A DNA stretch of 64,000 nucleotides from Glycera tridactyla (Eukaryota), in contig OZ286470.1 of assembly GCA_965644265.1 (NCBI GenBank), positions 78,244,001 through 78,308,000 on the forward strand, given 5' to 3'. Both the position numbers and the translations under genes were made by a program. Below, piece after piece: positions 13,274 through 26,399 of the stretch. Each line of letters opens with the position of its first letter. Positions within the stretch are counted from its first letter, which is position 1. The notes below the pieces were generated by a model. That model saw only the letters and a program-made list of their open reading frames with translations. It had not been told where the DNA came from and ran no database searches.

Positions 13274-13944
13274 GGGTAGATGGATAGGCGAACAAACAAA
13301 TATGGACCAGGAGTAGCAAAATGACCGAAAGTGGGGAGACTGTAAAATAGAGATAAAGGGGCGAGGGAGATAGAGAAAGAGGGTGGGGGGGGGGGGGGTT
13401 GTCGAAGAGGAAGGAAAGAAAGGGAGTAGTGGAAAACAACAGATAGTGCAGAATGATCAACAAACGACGGATTGGATGAAAAATGTGCATGTTCTGGGTT
13501 CTTTAGTGATCCCATCGCCAGAACACCTGGAGGATGGACAAAGGGGTAGATGGATAGGCAAACAGACAAATATGGACCAGGAAGAGCAAAATAACCGAAA
13601 GTGGGGGAAAAGTGAAATAGAGATAAAGGGGCGAAAAAGAAAGAGAAAGAGGACAGGGGAGCAAGGCAGGGAGAGGAGGGAGTGTGTGGGCGGGAGAGTA
13701 GAGAGAGGAGAGAGAGGGTAGGAAGAGCAGGATGGAGAGAAAAAGAAGAAAGGAAGAGGGGAAGAGGGAGGGGAGATGGAAATTAGGCGAGGAAAGTGGG
13801 AGAATGCAGACGGAGAAGCACAAGGAGGAGGGTGAGAAAGAGATGGGGAGGGGTCGAAGTAAAATTAGAGAACGGGAGAAGTGGGAAACCAGAAAGAAAT
13901 AAGTGCAAAATTATCAACAAATGACGGATAGGATGAAAAATGTG
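13274..13944. repeat. Imperfect tandem duplication with an expanded purine-rich interior
   Basis: GGGTAGATGGATAGGC...GAGAAAGAGG occurs at 13274 and 13544. The ATCAACAAA...GGATGAAAAATGTG block ends at 13487 and at 13944. Confidence 0.8.
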
Positions 13945-14947
13945 ACAAATAAATCAAACTATGGATGGGTGAGTGATTAAATGAATTAATAAATGACTGA
14001 CTGAATGTATGAATGAGAGGGTTAGACAGGAAAGGAAAGCAAAGAAGGAGAGGGAAGGGTAGATAGAAGGCAGGGGGGGGGGGATGAATGAATGCATGAC
14101 CTCATTCAGAGGCATGTGATAATATGGATGAGTGCTGCATCAGACGCGACACCATCATCAATGATGTGAGCTGTTCCTCTTGAATATTTTACCTGCACAC
14201 GTGTTGTGATTTCTAAAGCAGGCCTGTTAGATGAATAATCCCGCCATCAATAACACCATTACTAAAACGTATGTGTGCTGTTTCTGAAAATATAGATCTG
14301 GCTGTACTAACAGTAGTCACTTGCTATGAGATTAACAATAGACTAGTCATAAATAAATGCGTACGTATGTAAGAATAACATATTGTTATGCAGACAGCAG
14401 ATGATGGATAGAAAACCATTACTCAAAAAGGGCTATCGTATGGATCATCAAATATAATCCACCCACATCAAACATTGAAGATGACTCATGAGAGAGGCTA
14501 GCATTCCCATTATTTGTCTAGAGGATTCGTAATGGCTGGACAGACAGGAAAATAGTGGTATTCATATATTTGAATTCACGGTATGTAGCGAACGCCGAAG
14601 TACGACTAGCATGCTTTACAAGGTCATCTGACATCCTGTTGTATTGATCCTAATGTGATTCCTTTTTTATTAAAATGTTTCCGTAATCCGAATTGGAGGA
14701 ACCTGCTAATCTTACGTATCTACAAGGTTTTGTATTCATCGGGTTGCTTTTTTGGCTACGTGATCAAGGATGTGTGTTACATAGTCATATTTTCATGATT
14801 TTTCATGAATTAACAGTAGCCATGATCCCACTGGTTTCCTGTGTGGTTAAGTGTGACATAGGCAACTGGTTAGATATAACAGCCCAGTCGTGAGCACAAT
14901 GTGTGAGGTGTGAGGTGTGAGCAGCGTGTGAAGGAGAATTTGCTTAC

Positions 14948-15050
14948 CGTCTGAGCACATAGGGCGTCTCATCAGTAATGTAACGTACGCCATGAAAGGT
15001 CGTCTCCTGTGTGAATTTATACAACAGATGTCGCCATGATTCCTTCGTCC
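14948..15050 (-). CDS. DEG/ENaC channel exon 'A': pre-TM1 HG-motif exon
   Basis: Strong acceptor cattttttgcatctttttgcag|GG and donor AGA CG|gtaagc define a 103-bp exon (phase 1 in, phase 2 out). It reads TKESWRHLLYKFTQETTFHGVRYITDETPYVLR, containing the F-x-x-x-TT-x-HG motif. CG+G (B1) and CG+A (B2) both complete an Arg codon in frame. Confidence 0.9.
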
Positions 15051-17544
15051 CTGCAAAAAGATGCAAAAAATGCAAATGAGTGAATGAATAGCCCAATAAA
15101 CTAGTTCACGAGCTATATAGACCCCGAATATAGAAAGCCGAAGTTGAACTGAGACTGGAATGAAGAAATTCACACTCAATCAGAGAGTTGGATGGACGGA
15201 TGTGTGGATTGATAATTGGATGGATAAATGATTATATGGAAGAGAAGATGAAAAATAACATTCGTAAACCTATATATGGGGTTGGTTCTCTAGGGTCCCT
15301 CTGACGTCAGCACCACCCATAACAAATTGGACATTCGCGACCCCTCAAATCCCTTTGGACCCAAAATCGGGCGCCATACTTCACTGCCTAATGAGGCACG
15401 GAGTGGGGAAAACCCATCCTCTGATGCATTACTGATAATTTTTTCCCTACATAATACCAGGGAAAGGAGATTACCCTATTCATGCATTGAAACGAATTTT
15501 GCACCTCAGATAAGTGATGAGACTTATAAATGGTAAAACTGGGAATGGATGGGAACCATAGCACCCCCTTTTTCCATCAGGGTTTCTACTGCAAAAAAAA
15601 CAACAACTCATGGATGGCTAATTCAACTTTGAGGAAAGCTCTTCCGTTTCCCATATATGACGAGTCACAAAATTTCTCAAGTCACAAAAGATTGTGACAT
15701 AATGCTTGCATGTTGTGATACTGGTGCTTGGCTGGAAGAATAACAACTTGTCTGTCACAGTCATATCAGTACAGAGGACTGACGTTGCCACCGTCTACTA
15801 TGTGTGCTGAAAGTCAGGTCCAGGAAATCATGGTATTGATGACAATGTCAAGCGCTTGATGATGATGTTCTGAAACATCGAACCCAGCAAGAAGTAAGGG
15901 AGGGTGCATTCTCCATTAGTGAAAACGCTCTGTCAGGAATACATTATAACACCCTCGAAGACCAGGCAGGTATCAATGACACCACAACTTCAAGGAAGGC
16001 CTGAGCCATTTTCGCCCACAGCCCCTGCGAAAAGACGTCCCATCATGGGTGCAATACCTGGATTAGGCAGTTTTCACCCAAAACCAGAATAGACAAATAT
16101 GGTCAAATCGTGGCTGACAATTGGTGCATCTTAACAATATCTAATACCATCCAAAGGACGGAAAATTATCAAGATGGGAGGTATGCCATGGTAATATTTC
16201 ATGGGATTTCGATAATTGAAGGCTATCTGTCGACTTCGGTGCTCTAAGAAGACGATTCTAACATCATACATAGACACCATGATCAGGTGAACACGAATCA
16301 GTTGAACCGCCAAATCTCAATCTGACAAGAAACTGGGATCTAGATGTTTCAATGAATGAGGAAAACCCACAAAAATCAGTTCAGACGGTTGATGAACTTT
16401 TGGGAATTAAATAGGATTACTGAGAATGTATTCCTGTCGTTACTATTAGGGTTTATACTTCCACAAGCTCATGAGTGGGATCCAACTTTTATCGAAAGAA
16501 AAAAAATGCAGCCTGCAATGCACGAAAAACATGCAAACGTCAGCACTTGTTTCAGAAGACATACTTCACAGAGTATATCACTCACATTGGAATTTGTCTC
16601 GCAAAGCTCAGCTAATTTCTTGAAATGTCTGAGGTCTAGTACTGGCCACCTACTGTTGACATGATTCCTACAATGTCGTTTTCCACGTGTTTCGTTGGAA
16701 TAAACTTATCAATTGTTATATTATTACTTATTTCATTAGTGACCTGATTTAATCAGCACATTCTATGTATATTTTGTGATTGTATATGAGTCGAGGGGGT
16801 GATGTGTTGGTAGGTACACCTCTCTCAATAAAATATCATGAAGCCGTTATGAAGCCTCATGAATGTGAATCACCTTCCAATCCTGTCTGACCTGAGGATG
16901 TCCGAACGGAGGATGGATGATGGGTTGCACGAACTATAATATCCTCCACGGTGGAAGTCTGTGACCTAATTTCGAGACCTTCTTTGTATGATGGGCGTTT
17001 TTTGTAGGCGTGGCTCTATCAATCAGGAGCTCGCACAGAGAATGGATGCCAGTAATCGGAGCTAGTGACAACATTGCTTCATCACGAGTGTGGCTCAGAT
17101 GGCGGCGATGGTGTAAACTTGCAGCAGGCCCTATGTCATTATAACTGACAGTCATGTATGGGCTTACATACAAGCACATCCTTATTCATATCTTCGGGGT
17201 CACCCAGGGTCCTTTTAATCAGAGCTGATGGGAGGCGCCATAATCAACCAACTCAGGGGGTCATTTCAATATCATCTATGGATTACCAATACTAGATTCA
17301 TCTCATGTACAGCAAGGAGACGTTCCGCTGGAGTGAAGGTGCACCAAAATTCGATCTGGGTGCTCTTGACTATTTCTTCCTCATAAAAGCAAGAGTGCAT
17401 AATTTTACTTATGAGGACCTACAATATAGAATGCTCATCTCTCAATCTAGGAGATTACATCATGAAATGGTACGATTCGAGATGAACTCATGTGCCATCT
17501 GAGTGATGTCAAATACTCAGGCAATCTTATCCACAAATAAATAA

Positions 17545-18901
17545 AATCTTGGAAATTTGTTTTTGGATTAAAATATCCTTCAATCTAGAAAGGTATTGAT
17601 GGGACGTGAATATGGAATCATGGCAATTCCTTACCCGGCTATAACAAGAAACACTCATATATATAGTATCCGGGTTACGGTATAAGTTCAGTGAACTTGG
17701 ATGTGAGATGTGAGATGCATACTAAACTCATGGAGGCCATTGATATAGGAATGAAATGTGTGGCACATCGGCCAAAGGACAGCGACAACATATCAATCCT
17801 AATTATCTGAAGCAAAGCAGATGTCGTGTATCTTCCAGACCCCACTTATATCAGGATTTGGAGTGTGGTTAGTTGAACATGCTAATGATTCCACCGAGAG
17901 TTGACCCCCCCCCACGAATGCATGAAGTTCCAGAGATCGGGCTGATAAAAGTTCTGCGATTCTGCTGCCTATGCTGCTGCTGATGATGGTAATGAGGATA
18001 CTGATGATGGTAATGATGATGAAAATGTCCTATAAGACCAAGGAAAGATATTTAGCATGAAGCATATAATCTCTCGCTTGATAAATGCCAATGTGCATGG
18101 CCTTTGCACATGAATATATTGTATATTGTGGGATAAACGAGGCTGATTCTATGGTATGGCTGACCCTCGGCCTGATAATTATGGTCCAATCATCAAGGTT
18201 GTGAAATACACATATGTATACTTAATCTTGGAAATTTGTTCTCGGATTAAAATGTTCTCCAATATAGAGAGGTATAGATGGGACGTAAACATGGAATCAT
18301 GGCAATTCCTTACCCGGCTATGACAAATACTTCTCATATATATAGCATCCGGGTTACGGTATAAGTTCAGTGAACTTGGATGTGAGATGTGAGATGCATA
18401 CTGAACCCACGGAGGCCATTGCTATAGGAATGAAATGTGTGGCACATCGGCCAAAGGACGGCGACAACATATCAATCCTAATTATCTGAAGCAAAGCAGA
18501 TGTCGTGTATCTTCCAGGCCCCAGTTATATCAGGATTTGGAGTGTGGTTAGCTGAACGTGCTAATGATTCCACCGAGAGTTGACCCTCCCCCCACGAATG
18601 CATGAAGTTCCAGAGATCGGGCTGATAAAAGTTCTGCGATTCTGCTGCCTATGCTGCTGCTGATGATGGTAATGAGGATACTGATGATGGTAATGATGAT
18701 GAAAATGTCCTATAAGACCAAGGAAAGATATCTAGCATGAAGCATATAATCTCTCGCTTGATAAATGCCAATGGGCATGGCCTTTGCACATGAATATATT
18801 GTATATTGTGGGATAAACGAGGCTGATTCTATGGTATGGCTGACCCTCGGCCTGATAAATATGGTCCAATCATCAAGGTTGTGAAATACACATATGTATA
18901 C
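17545..18901. repeat. Tandem duplication, about 680-bp unit x2
   Basis: 17545-18221 and 18224-18901 align end to end. The 3' halves are nearly identical. Confidence 0.95.
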
Positions 18902-19848
18902 AACACCACTACTCTTATTTTCAAGCACACCCCTGACTATTCATCTCATGGATAGTTCCCAGATAATGAGATCTTCATGTTGGTGTTTCCGACGTAATCA
19001 CAACGAGTGAATCCAGATATGCAAGTTGAGATATGGGATTACTAGTTGATGGGATATGTTACTTGATTTGCAGCAGCCAGCCGATATTCATCACGCAACT
19101 GACTAGATGGGGGGGGGGGGGGGTGAGCGAGAAGGGTCCGGGGCCTGTGACTCTAATTTCAGGCATTGTCACGTGACTATCGAATTCCTTAAGAAAGGAA
19201 TCAAACCCATTGCCACTGGACGAGACGTCAGGACAAGTTCGGTTGAACATTGTGATTAAGTCATATGGAATCATCATATGATATCCCGCAGGATTAGGCC
19301 CAAGCAGCTATCATATCAGGGGGACTGTCTGGTTCGATTGATTTTTTGTATATAGACAGAGAGACTGANNNNNNNNNNNNNNNNNNNNNNNNNNNNNNNN
19401 NNNNNNNNNNNNNNNNNNNNNNNNNNNNNNNNNNNNNNNNNNNNNNNNNNNNNNNNNNNNNNNNNNNNNNNNNNNNNNNNNNNNNNNNNNNNNNNNNNNN
19501 NNNNNNNNNNNNNCTTATCTAATAAGCATCCCATCTCATCCCCAACCCAATATACGAAAAGTTTCACTTTCTACACCCATCACGAGGCAAGCTTGTATAT
19601 AGCATGAAAGTGAATATATGTGTGCGTGCATGTGTAAATGTTGATATATATCGAGGGATATGTCAGTGATGGACGAATCTTGAATGAATGTGTATTGTAG
19701 ATAATGTATATATTTCATATTATGAGTGCTGTAGAAATCCAGCAGGATAACTGCACATCTGTATATATGTTCAGTTACGAGAAAAAAGTTTATTGAATTG
19801 AATTGAATAGAATTGATATTCAGACAGACAGACGAAGAGACAGACATG

Positions 19849-19938
<90 letters not shown>
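19849..19938. repeat. (TAGA)n microsatellite
   Basis: Directly visible. Confidence 0.95.
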
Positions 19939-20499
19939 CGATCACATCTGAGATATGGCGTCGAAAATATAAAAAAAAGAGAATTCAATTGACGGAAGCC
20001 TGGGGCCGTCGAAAACCATCGCATCCGATGCCTCGTTACAGAAACCCAATTGCCGATTGCTTGCCTCTCCCAAAGGATCGACATTTTGCTTGGCGTAGAG
20101 GGGGACCTTTCACGCTCATGTAGGGATTCATCGGATTGCATCAGCTCACTAGTGTAGCAATCACGGGATATGGTGTTGAAGACGATTCAGCATGTGATTC
20201 TTGTTTGAGCGTGCTCTGGCCAAGGTAATGTAATAAATGGGCGGAAAAACTCATTTTGAGTATGGCTTCAGCAAATAATGTTTGACTGGACCAGCATACG
20301 ATCCGCCTGGCATCCATCATTTTTCGGGTCAATTCAACTATCCTGTTGTTTTTTTATGACCTGGGACTACCTACCAAATTGGAGGTTGTCAGGACGACCA
20401 ATCAATTTTCTGAAATCTTCCTCTAACTATCTCTGAAATCCATTGACTACTGTGTTATTGATTGATGTTTCAACGGTCTATAACTGATCATCCCGATAT

Positions 20500-21990
20500 A
20501 CCTGTAACTCAATTGTTGAAATCCCAAAATTCCAATGTAACATGGATTTGATACATGTAGATACAGCCTATGAGATTGTGAATTTGAATCCCGTACTATC
20601 CTTTAGCCTCCTTATCGACCAACAGACAATCCTTATGGTCATTTTATGTCCTGATGAGGCAGCTTTAAGTGACTCAATTCAAAAATTACCTGATTATAGT
20701 ATGTTGAGAAAAGGAAATCTTACTCTCCAGAATGGTGGAGACCAGTCGCTGATAACTTGAGAAAAGACTGTGATTAGTAATGTACAATCTAACCTGTCTA
20801 TGAAGACCGGCCGTAGACAAGTTGGCCTCAATGTTAGAGAGGTTCAGTCGATTCTGCTTGAGACCACTTGTATACAGCGACCACCTGCCTACAGAGACTG
20901 CTCTCAGCTGTGACTGCAGTGCTATATTCTACATTGCACAGATGCCACCTTCTCACAAAGATCATCTCATGATGCAGCCAAGTGTGATCTTTGTTGACAG
21001 GCCTGACATCTTTTTATTGTATAGAATATGTATAGTTCTGCAGGTGCTATATACACGGCACTTTACAGTCGAATACATATGCAAACCTCTATACAGCCGC
21101 CGTTCACCTACAAAAAAAGACCATCATGAGTGGTGCAGTACAGTGACCCGTTTACAGGGAGCACCCATGGATTCATCATAAAATTATCTTTGTATACAGG
21201 TGGCCGCCATAAGTAGGTTGACTGATAGCTCACTTATAGATGTACGAGCGGTATCTGGAACAGTTTTGACTATAATTCGTTGATGATCAATTCATTCTTC
21301 GCTATACCAGTTCAATAGACTTTTTGAATGTTGTTTGGATGATCAGTACCCTACCAGCCAGGGTCCACGATCAAGCTGACATGAGATCAGCACAATTCGC
21401 CAACACGAACACATAGCACATATATATTGTTTATCATTTTATATTGTTACCACTATCATCATTATTTGTTTCGACTTGAATATATTGTAGATACGTTATA
21501 TGTTCTCGGCAGCATCAAAATCATCTGGTTTTCAGATACGAGGCTGATTTTTGAGAGTGAAATAAAGAATTAAAAAAAAATCATCGAAAATTGATCCACA
21601 CATGATAGGCGCTAATGGCCCTGACGATCTTAATCTTCGATTGCATATGGCTAATTAGGACGGAATTGGCTTGAATCAACCAATAATTGATTTCCCATGT
21701 GAGAAAGACGTTTATGCACTGATCCCAAATATTCTGACAGAGCCCAAGTCTAGACAATGACACGAAGTTCATATAGTACGAATAAACCCATAGTCTGGAA
21801 AGTAAATTACCAGCTATATGTCTGATCCATGTTCGAGATAATTCACATGATCTTTCTAAGATCAAGAATGAGAAGTTTGTGCCAGAACTGACAACATCCA
21901 AGCGGGGCAGCCATTTTGGCTACTATGGATGTTACCCTTGAGCAGGTCGAACTGAAGATCATGAACGTGTCGTCCACAATATGACCCTTC
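20500..21990 (-). mobile_element. Degenerate Penelope-like element (RT and GIY-YIG relic)
   Basis: IVDDTFMIF (about 21955-21980; PLE RT RYVDDTF-like), then LDV, and further on VYK...YGRSS (about 20800-20880) and SGHK (GIY-YIG-like), in the expected order. Many stops and frameshifts. Confidence 0.45.
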
Positions 21991-23392
21991 TATCGTGTCT
22001 AGACTATTCATAGCTTAGTCATATCATTCATATTACTCACACAGAATGCGCCTCTGTGTACAGTTTGAATATCTGTGCTCAACGACTCCACTTCAGCTAA
22101 AGATGAATGGATGTATTTAGGCAAAGTTGAAAGCTGTCATTGGATGTAATGGTGAATTTGCTTGAACATGATAAGAATATTGAAATACACACAATATTCC
22201 ACAGCTATATTTATTTTGCAATTCCCACTCATTGCACTCAAACCATATGGAGCGTAAAAAGTGAGTAAGAATGTATCACTGACACCTAGATTCGAGACAG
22301 GGCATTGAGAACAGATGACAGATGCCCTAGTCACAACCATTTATAGCATTAGAAAGTCAGAACTGTCCATCTTCATGAACTATTATTGAACACTCAGCTC
22401 GAAATCCAAAATCTAACCCAGATAGAACCATACCTAGTGGTGGTTGATTCGTCATGAGTAAATGCGATTATGCCTAAATGTAGACTTCATGCATAAAGAT
22501 GCTGGCGGTTTGCGATCTAGGATGGACTGAAGTGGGGTGATTCCTGCCGTAGTGTACAGGCCAGTTTGCTCCCAGTGGGCAGAGGTTCCATTCCGCCGGG
22601 AATGGATGTAGGAGGCGCCAGGGGTCGCTAAGTGTAGTGTGCACGATATATGATGGATTTCGCTACCCAGAATTCATCTGTTAGAGTTAATACACTCAGC
22701 CACCACTAGGTGGCTCTTTCACCAAGCTTTGATATGATCTACATTACATGCCAGTCACCATTATTGTGGAAAGAGCTGAGGTTGTAGTTTCAGGGGTGCC
22801 AGGCCTCTTTCCTATATGGGGTATCCCTGATTTGCGATGAAATGAGCTGGAGAACCCTGAAATGTCGTGCCTACTTCTCGCAACGTGCTCCTTGTGTCAA
22901 ATCGAGCATGCAAAATCAGCTCTTGTGTCATCCATGGTTGCCAAGCAACAGCTTCCTGTTATCAGACCAGAAGGTCGCCAGCTTCTCTCGCCTCATAAAA
23001 CAGGCAAGATAGATAATTTGTGAGTGATGTCTATACATTACCTCTCTGCCACACCACCTTTCTGATCTTTCCATTATTTCAGTTGACCGGAGGCCCTTAT
23101 CCATAGAAGAGTTCAAGTGTGAACATTCCGGCTCACAATCTGGTATCATCAACAAGTTCTGCCGACTTCCCAATTGTATTATCTTACATTCCTTGATGTA
23201 GTTCGAGCCTTCATTAACTCCTCTAGTATGAAAGCCAGACATCAGTAACTGCGTTAGGCGCACATTGACCACCATCGCTGAATTCAGCCAAGTTCCCATC
23301 CACACCTGTGTATAGTGGAGTGGTGGCGTGTGAAGGATGCACCCAATTATTTCCACATAGAGATTGCCCCATTATGAGAAGAGAGACCAATG

Positions 23393-23566
23393 ATTATCAG
23401 AAGTGGCGCAGATCATAGAATTCTGTGCTGTGTAGTGATGAAGGTGTGGTATGTAATGGTGAACCTTGTCCAGTTCGTAGCCAATAATTATCAGAAGCAC
23501 AGATCATATAGATCTGCATAACGATGAAGGTGTGGTATTGAGTGATGAACCTTGTCCAGTTCGTAG
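23393..23566. repeat. About 90-bp tandem duplication, with a related dispersed copy near 2010-2090
   Basis: ATTATCAGAAG..CAGATCATA...GATGAAGGTGTGGTAT...TGAACCTTGTCCAGTTCGTAG occurs twice. GCAGATCATA...ATGGTGAACCTTGTCCA is also present at about 2017-2076. Confidence 0.7.
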
Positions 23567-24459
23567 ACTAGAGGGTCGCTCGCCTGATGGAGGTCTAATC
23601 TGTGCGACAGTTTACAACTTGCGATGAGTGCTCCTGAACGTATTTTGTAAGACGGCGGTCAATATCTGCACTCAGCGAGACACAGCACGTAGATGGATAC
23701 CCATCAGCGCTAAGATACCCCCGAGGATTACTTTACTTGACGTCCTGATGAGAACAACCCACGATCCTTACACACGTAAATACCCATATCTGAATCTGTT
23801 GACAAGAACGTATTCTGTCCAACCTCATTCAACAACAATAAATGCTAAACATCACCTACATCATAACTTATCTTGAGCATACTGATTGGCCACATATTTG
23901 TTAATCTAATACAGTATAGTTCTCCAAGGCAATTTATTTCGGACAGAAAACATAGGTACAAGATGGAAATTGGAAGGACTCTTTGATCTGTCCTATGTGC
24001 TATGCGTCTCATTAATCTTCAGAGGCGTGACTGTCAGTAGGGCTCTCCTCATGAGAGTATTTTCATTATCCGCTGATGCTGTAATATAAGTTATACACCT
24101 CGACATGGGGTGGAGTTGGCAACATCTCACAATCTAAGATATCTGACCTAAGTTTTGGTGACACATGGATACGTCTGTGTCTGATAAATGAGTAAAGACA
24201 GTTTCTCATATATAGTGAAAATCAAGTTTCCGTATCAGTCGCACATTTCCGCATGCTATTATGTACTAGAATGTGGAATTAATTGGGAACACCTCGTATA
24301 CAGCATGTGTGTGCTACAAGCAATGTCAGGTCGGTACGAAATGACAGCCAAGATATATTGATTTATGGAATACGCTTCCAGGCACTGACCCTGCTAGAAT
24401 ATATGCATGAAAACGCCTACATACCTGCCGATAAGTGTACCCTATACCACATCATGGGG

Positions 24460-24840
24460 AGGGACAGAAGGAGAAAATGGAATAGAGGGAGGTGTTGAGA
24501 ATGTACAGACAGAAAGGAGTTGGAGGAAGAGGAGGAGGAGGAGGAGGAGGAGGGGGGAGGAGGAGGTGGAGAGGAGAGGCAAAAAAGGATAGAATGGGCA
24601 GCGGGAGATGGGGACAAGGGGGAGAGGGGGAGATAGAAGTTGAAATACGAGGGATAGGAGAAGGAATGTGAGAGAGGAGAGTAGGAGACGAAAGAACCTA
24701 GGGAGGTGGTAGATGAAAGAAGAAAGCGGTGCCATGGAAGGAGTTGAAAGGAGGGCTGATGGGGGGATAATAAATGAGGGCAAAAGAAGGAGGAAGAGGA
24801 AAGGGTTGGGGTGAAAGACGAGGAGGTGGCGAGCATAGAA
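24460..24840. repeat. Purine-rich (GGA/GA) low-complexity tract
   Basis: Directly visible. It generates the spurious poly-S/poly-R ORFs. Confidence 0.9.
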
Positions 24841-26399
24841 TAAATAGATTCCGTACTGGGGTCTTATCACCCCAACACTATGGTGGATGGATAAGAATAG
24901 TACGACTAGCTGCCGCTAGAGTTACCGATCAAGCCGATACACTACGGGGCGCCAATGTCCACATCATTCCTTGATTGGATGTGTAATTTGGTGTCAGTTG
25001 GTGGGCTTTCGGTCGTAATACATACACCAGTGTGGCTTCATTAATGTAGAATGGGGCCATCGCAAGCAACTCAACTATGATGTGCTTTGTATATAAAAAG
25101 CCAGAATATATACATCAGAACACACACTTCAGATACCGACACAGTGCCAAGGCAAGCTTTGAAATAATTTGGCAGACCTAGAGAACATCCTAAATAAACA
25201 AACACTTCTAAGCTCACCTTGTCATAATATGAAATATTTCAAGCCAACACTTTCAACCCACAAGACACACCAACCCTGTCTGAATGGAACCATCTTCTTC
25301 CGAGGGGCAGGGGGGGTATTACTTCAGTGATCACCGTGGCCAGTGCCTTTTTGCATATATTGTAGCCAGGCTGCAGCTTTGTGATTTCCGGCTGAGTTAG
25401 TAGAGTCAAATCTGAGATCTGTCAAATCTGGGAGCATTACTGTGTCAAGGTTCCTGAGCAGCTATCAAATGAGGAAAACATGGGTGATTGCTTGTTGCTG
25501 TAAAAGCAGTATCATATGGGTAATGGGTCTTGTGTTAGTTTACCAGGAAATGATCTATGAATCGGATATGTCGATTCCTCCCATATTGAGTTTGGGGAAT
25601 TCGCTCACATATTCGCTTTTGCCATCATCATCGAATCTACCTTTTCTGAAATCGCCGCCATCTCAGCGCCATCATTGACATTTCAATGATCTGAAATAAT
25701 CTCGTCGTACCTGTATCTAGTCTGATGTGTCAAAACAATTGTATCCAAATTGTATCCATATTATATCGCAGAAATTGGGCTAATGAGCAATCAAAACCAT
25801 TGAATCAAGGGCAGCCCCATGCTTTCCATCTCGAATATATGAATATTCAATTATGTGTGGAAATACAGATGTTTGAGATAGCTTCTCCAGTATACGCCGT
25901 GGCACTATTGTTCAATATGTACTAGTCAACAGATGTGAGTACAAGCGTAGTCACCAGAAAGGTGAAAGCCACAAGTAGCAGGGAGTTTAAATGGAAAATG
26001 GACGTGCGGCAAACATGATGAATATAATGCTGCCTCTGGTATCAATATTCCACTGAGCAACTAGAACCTTGATAGATCTAACTGAAAACTTTGCATTGCA
26101 TTGCATATGTTCTATCAGCCATCGCACGTTAACCTAACGTATTTGCTAGCTTTGTGATGAATTCCATCATTTTCACCACCTATAATACACAATGACCTGC
26201 TAGGTGATTTAAGATATGCTAAAATATCTGTTTCAGTTGATCACTTGATTAACAAGTGCTGTGAAAATTTATAAAGGGCGAAATGTATCCATATCTCCTG
26301 TCCTGATGAAATTGTGTCACACTATCAGACAGTCCTTTCCTGTTCGACTCAATTGTCAGTAGTGTATTCTAGCATTCAGATCGACAGTTTCAAATCATA

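Noticed and set aside
16930-17500. RTE-like LINE relic (GSINQELAQRM; YSKETF)
   Set aside because: The matches are short, the spacing is about twice that expected, and they are too weak to call.
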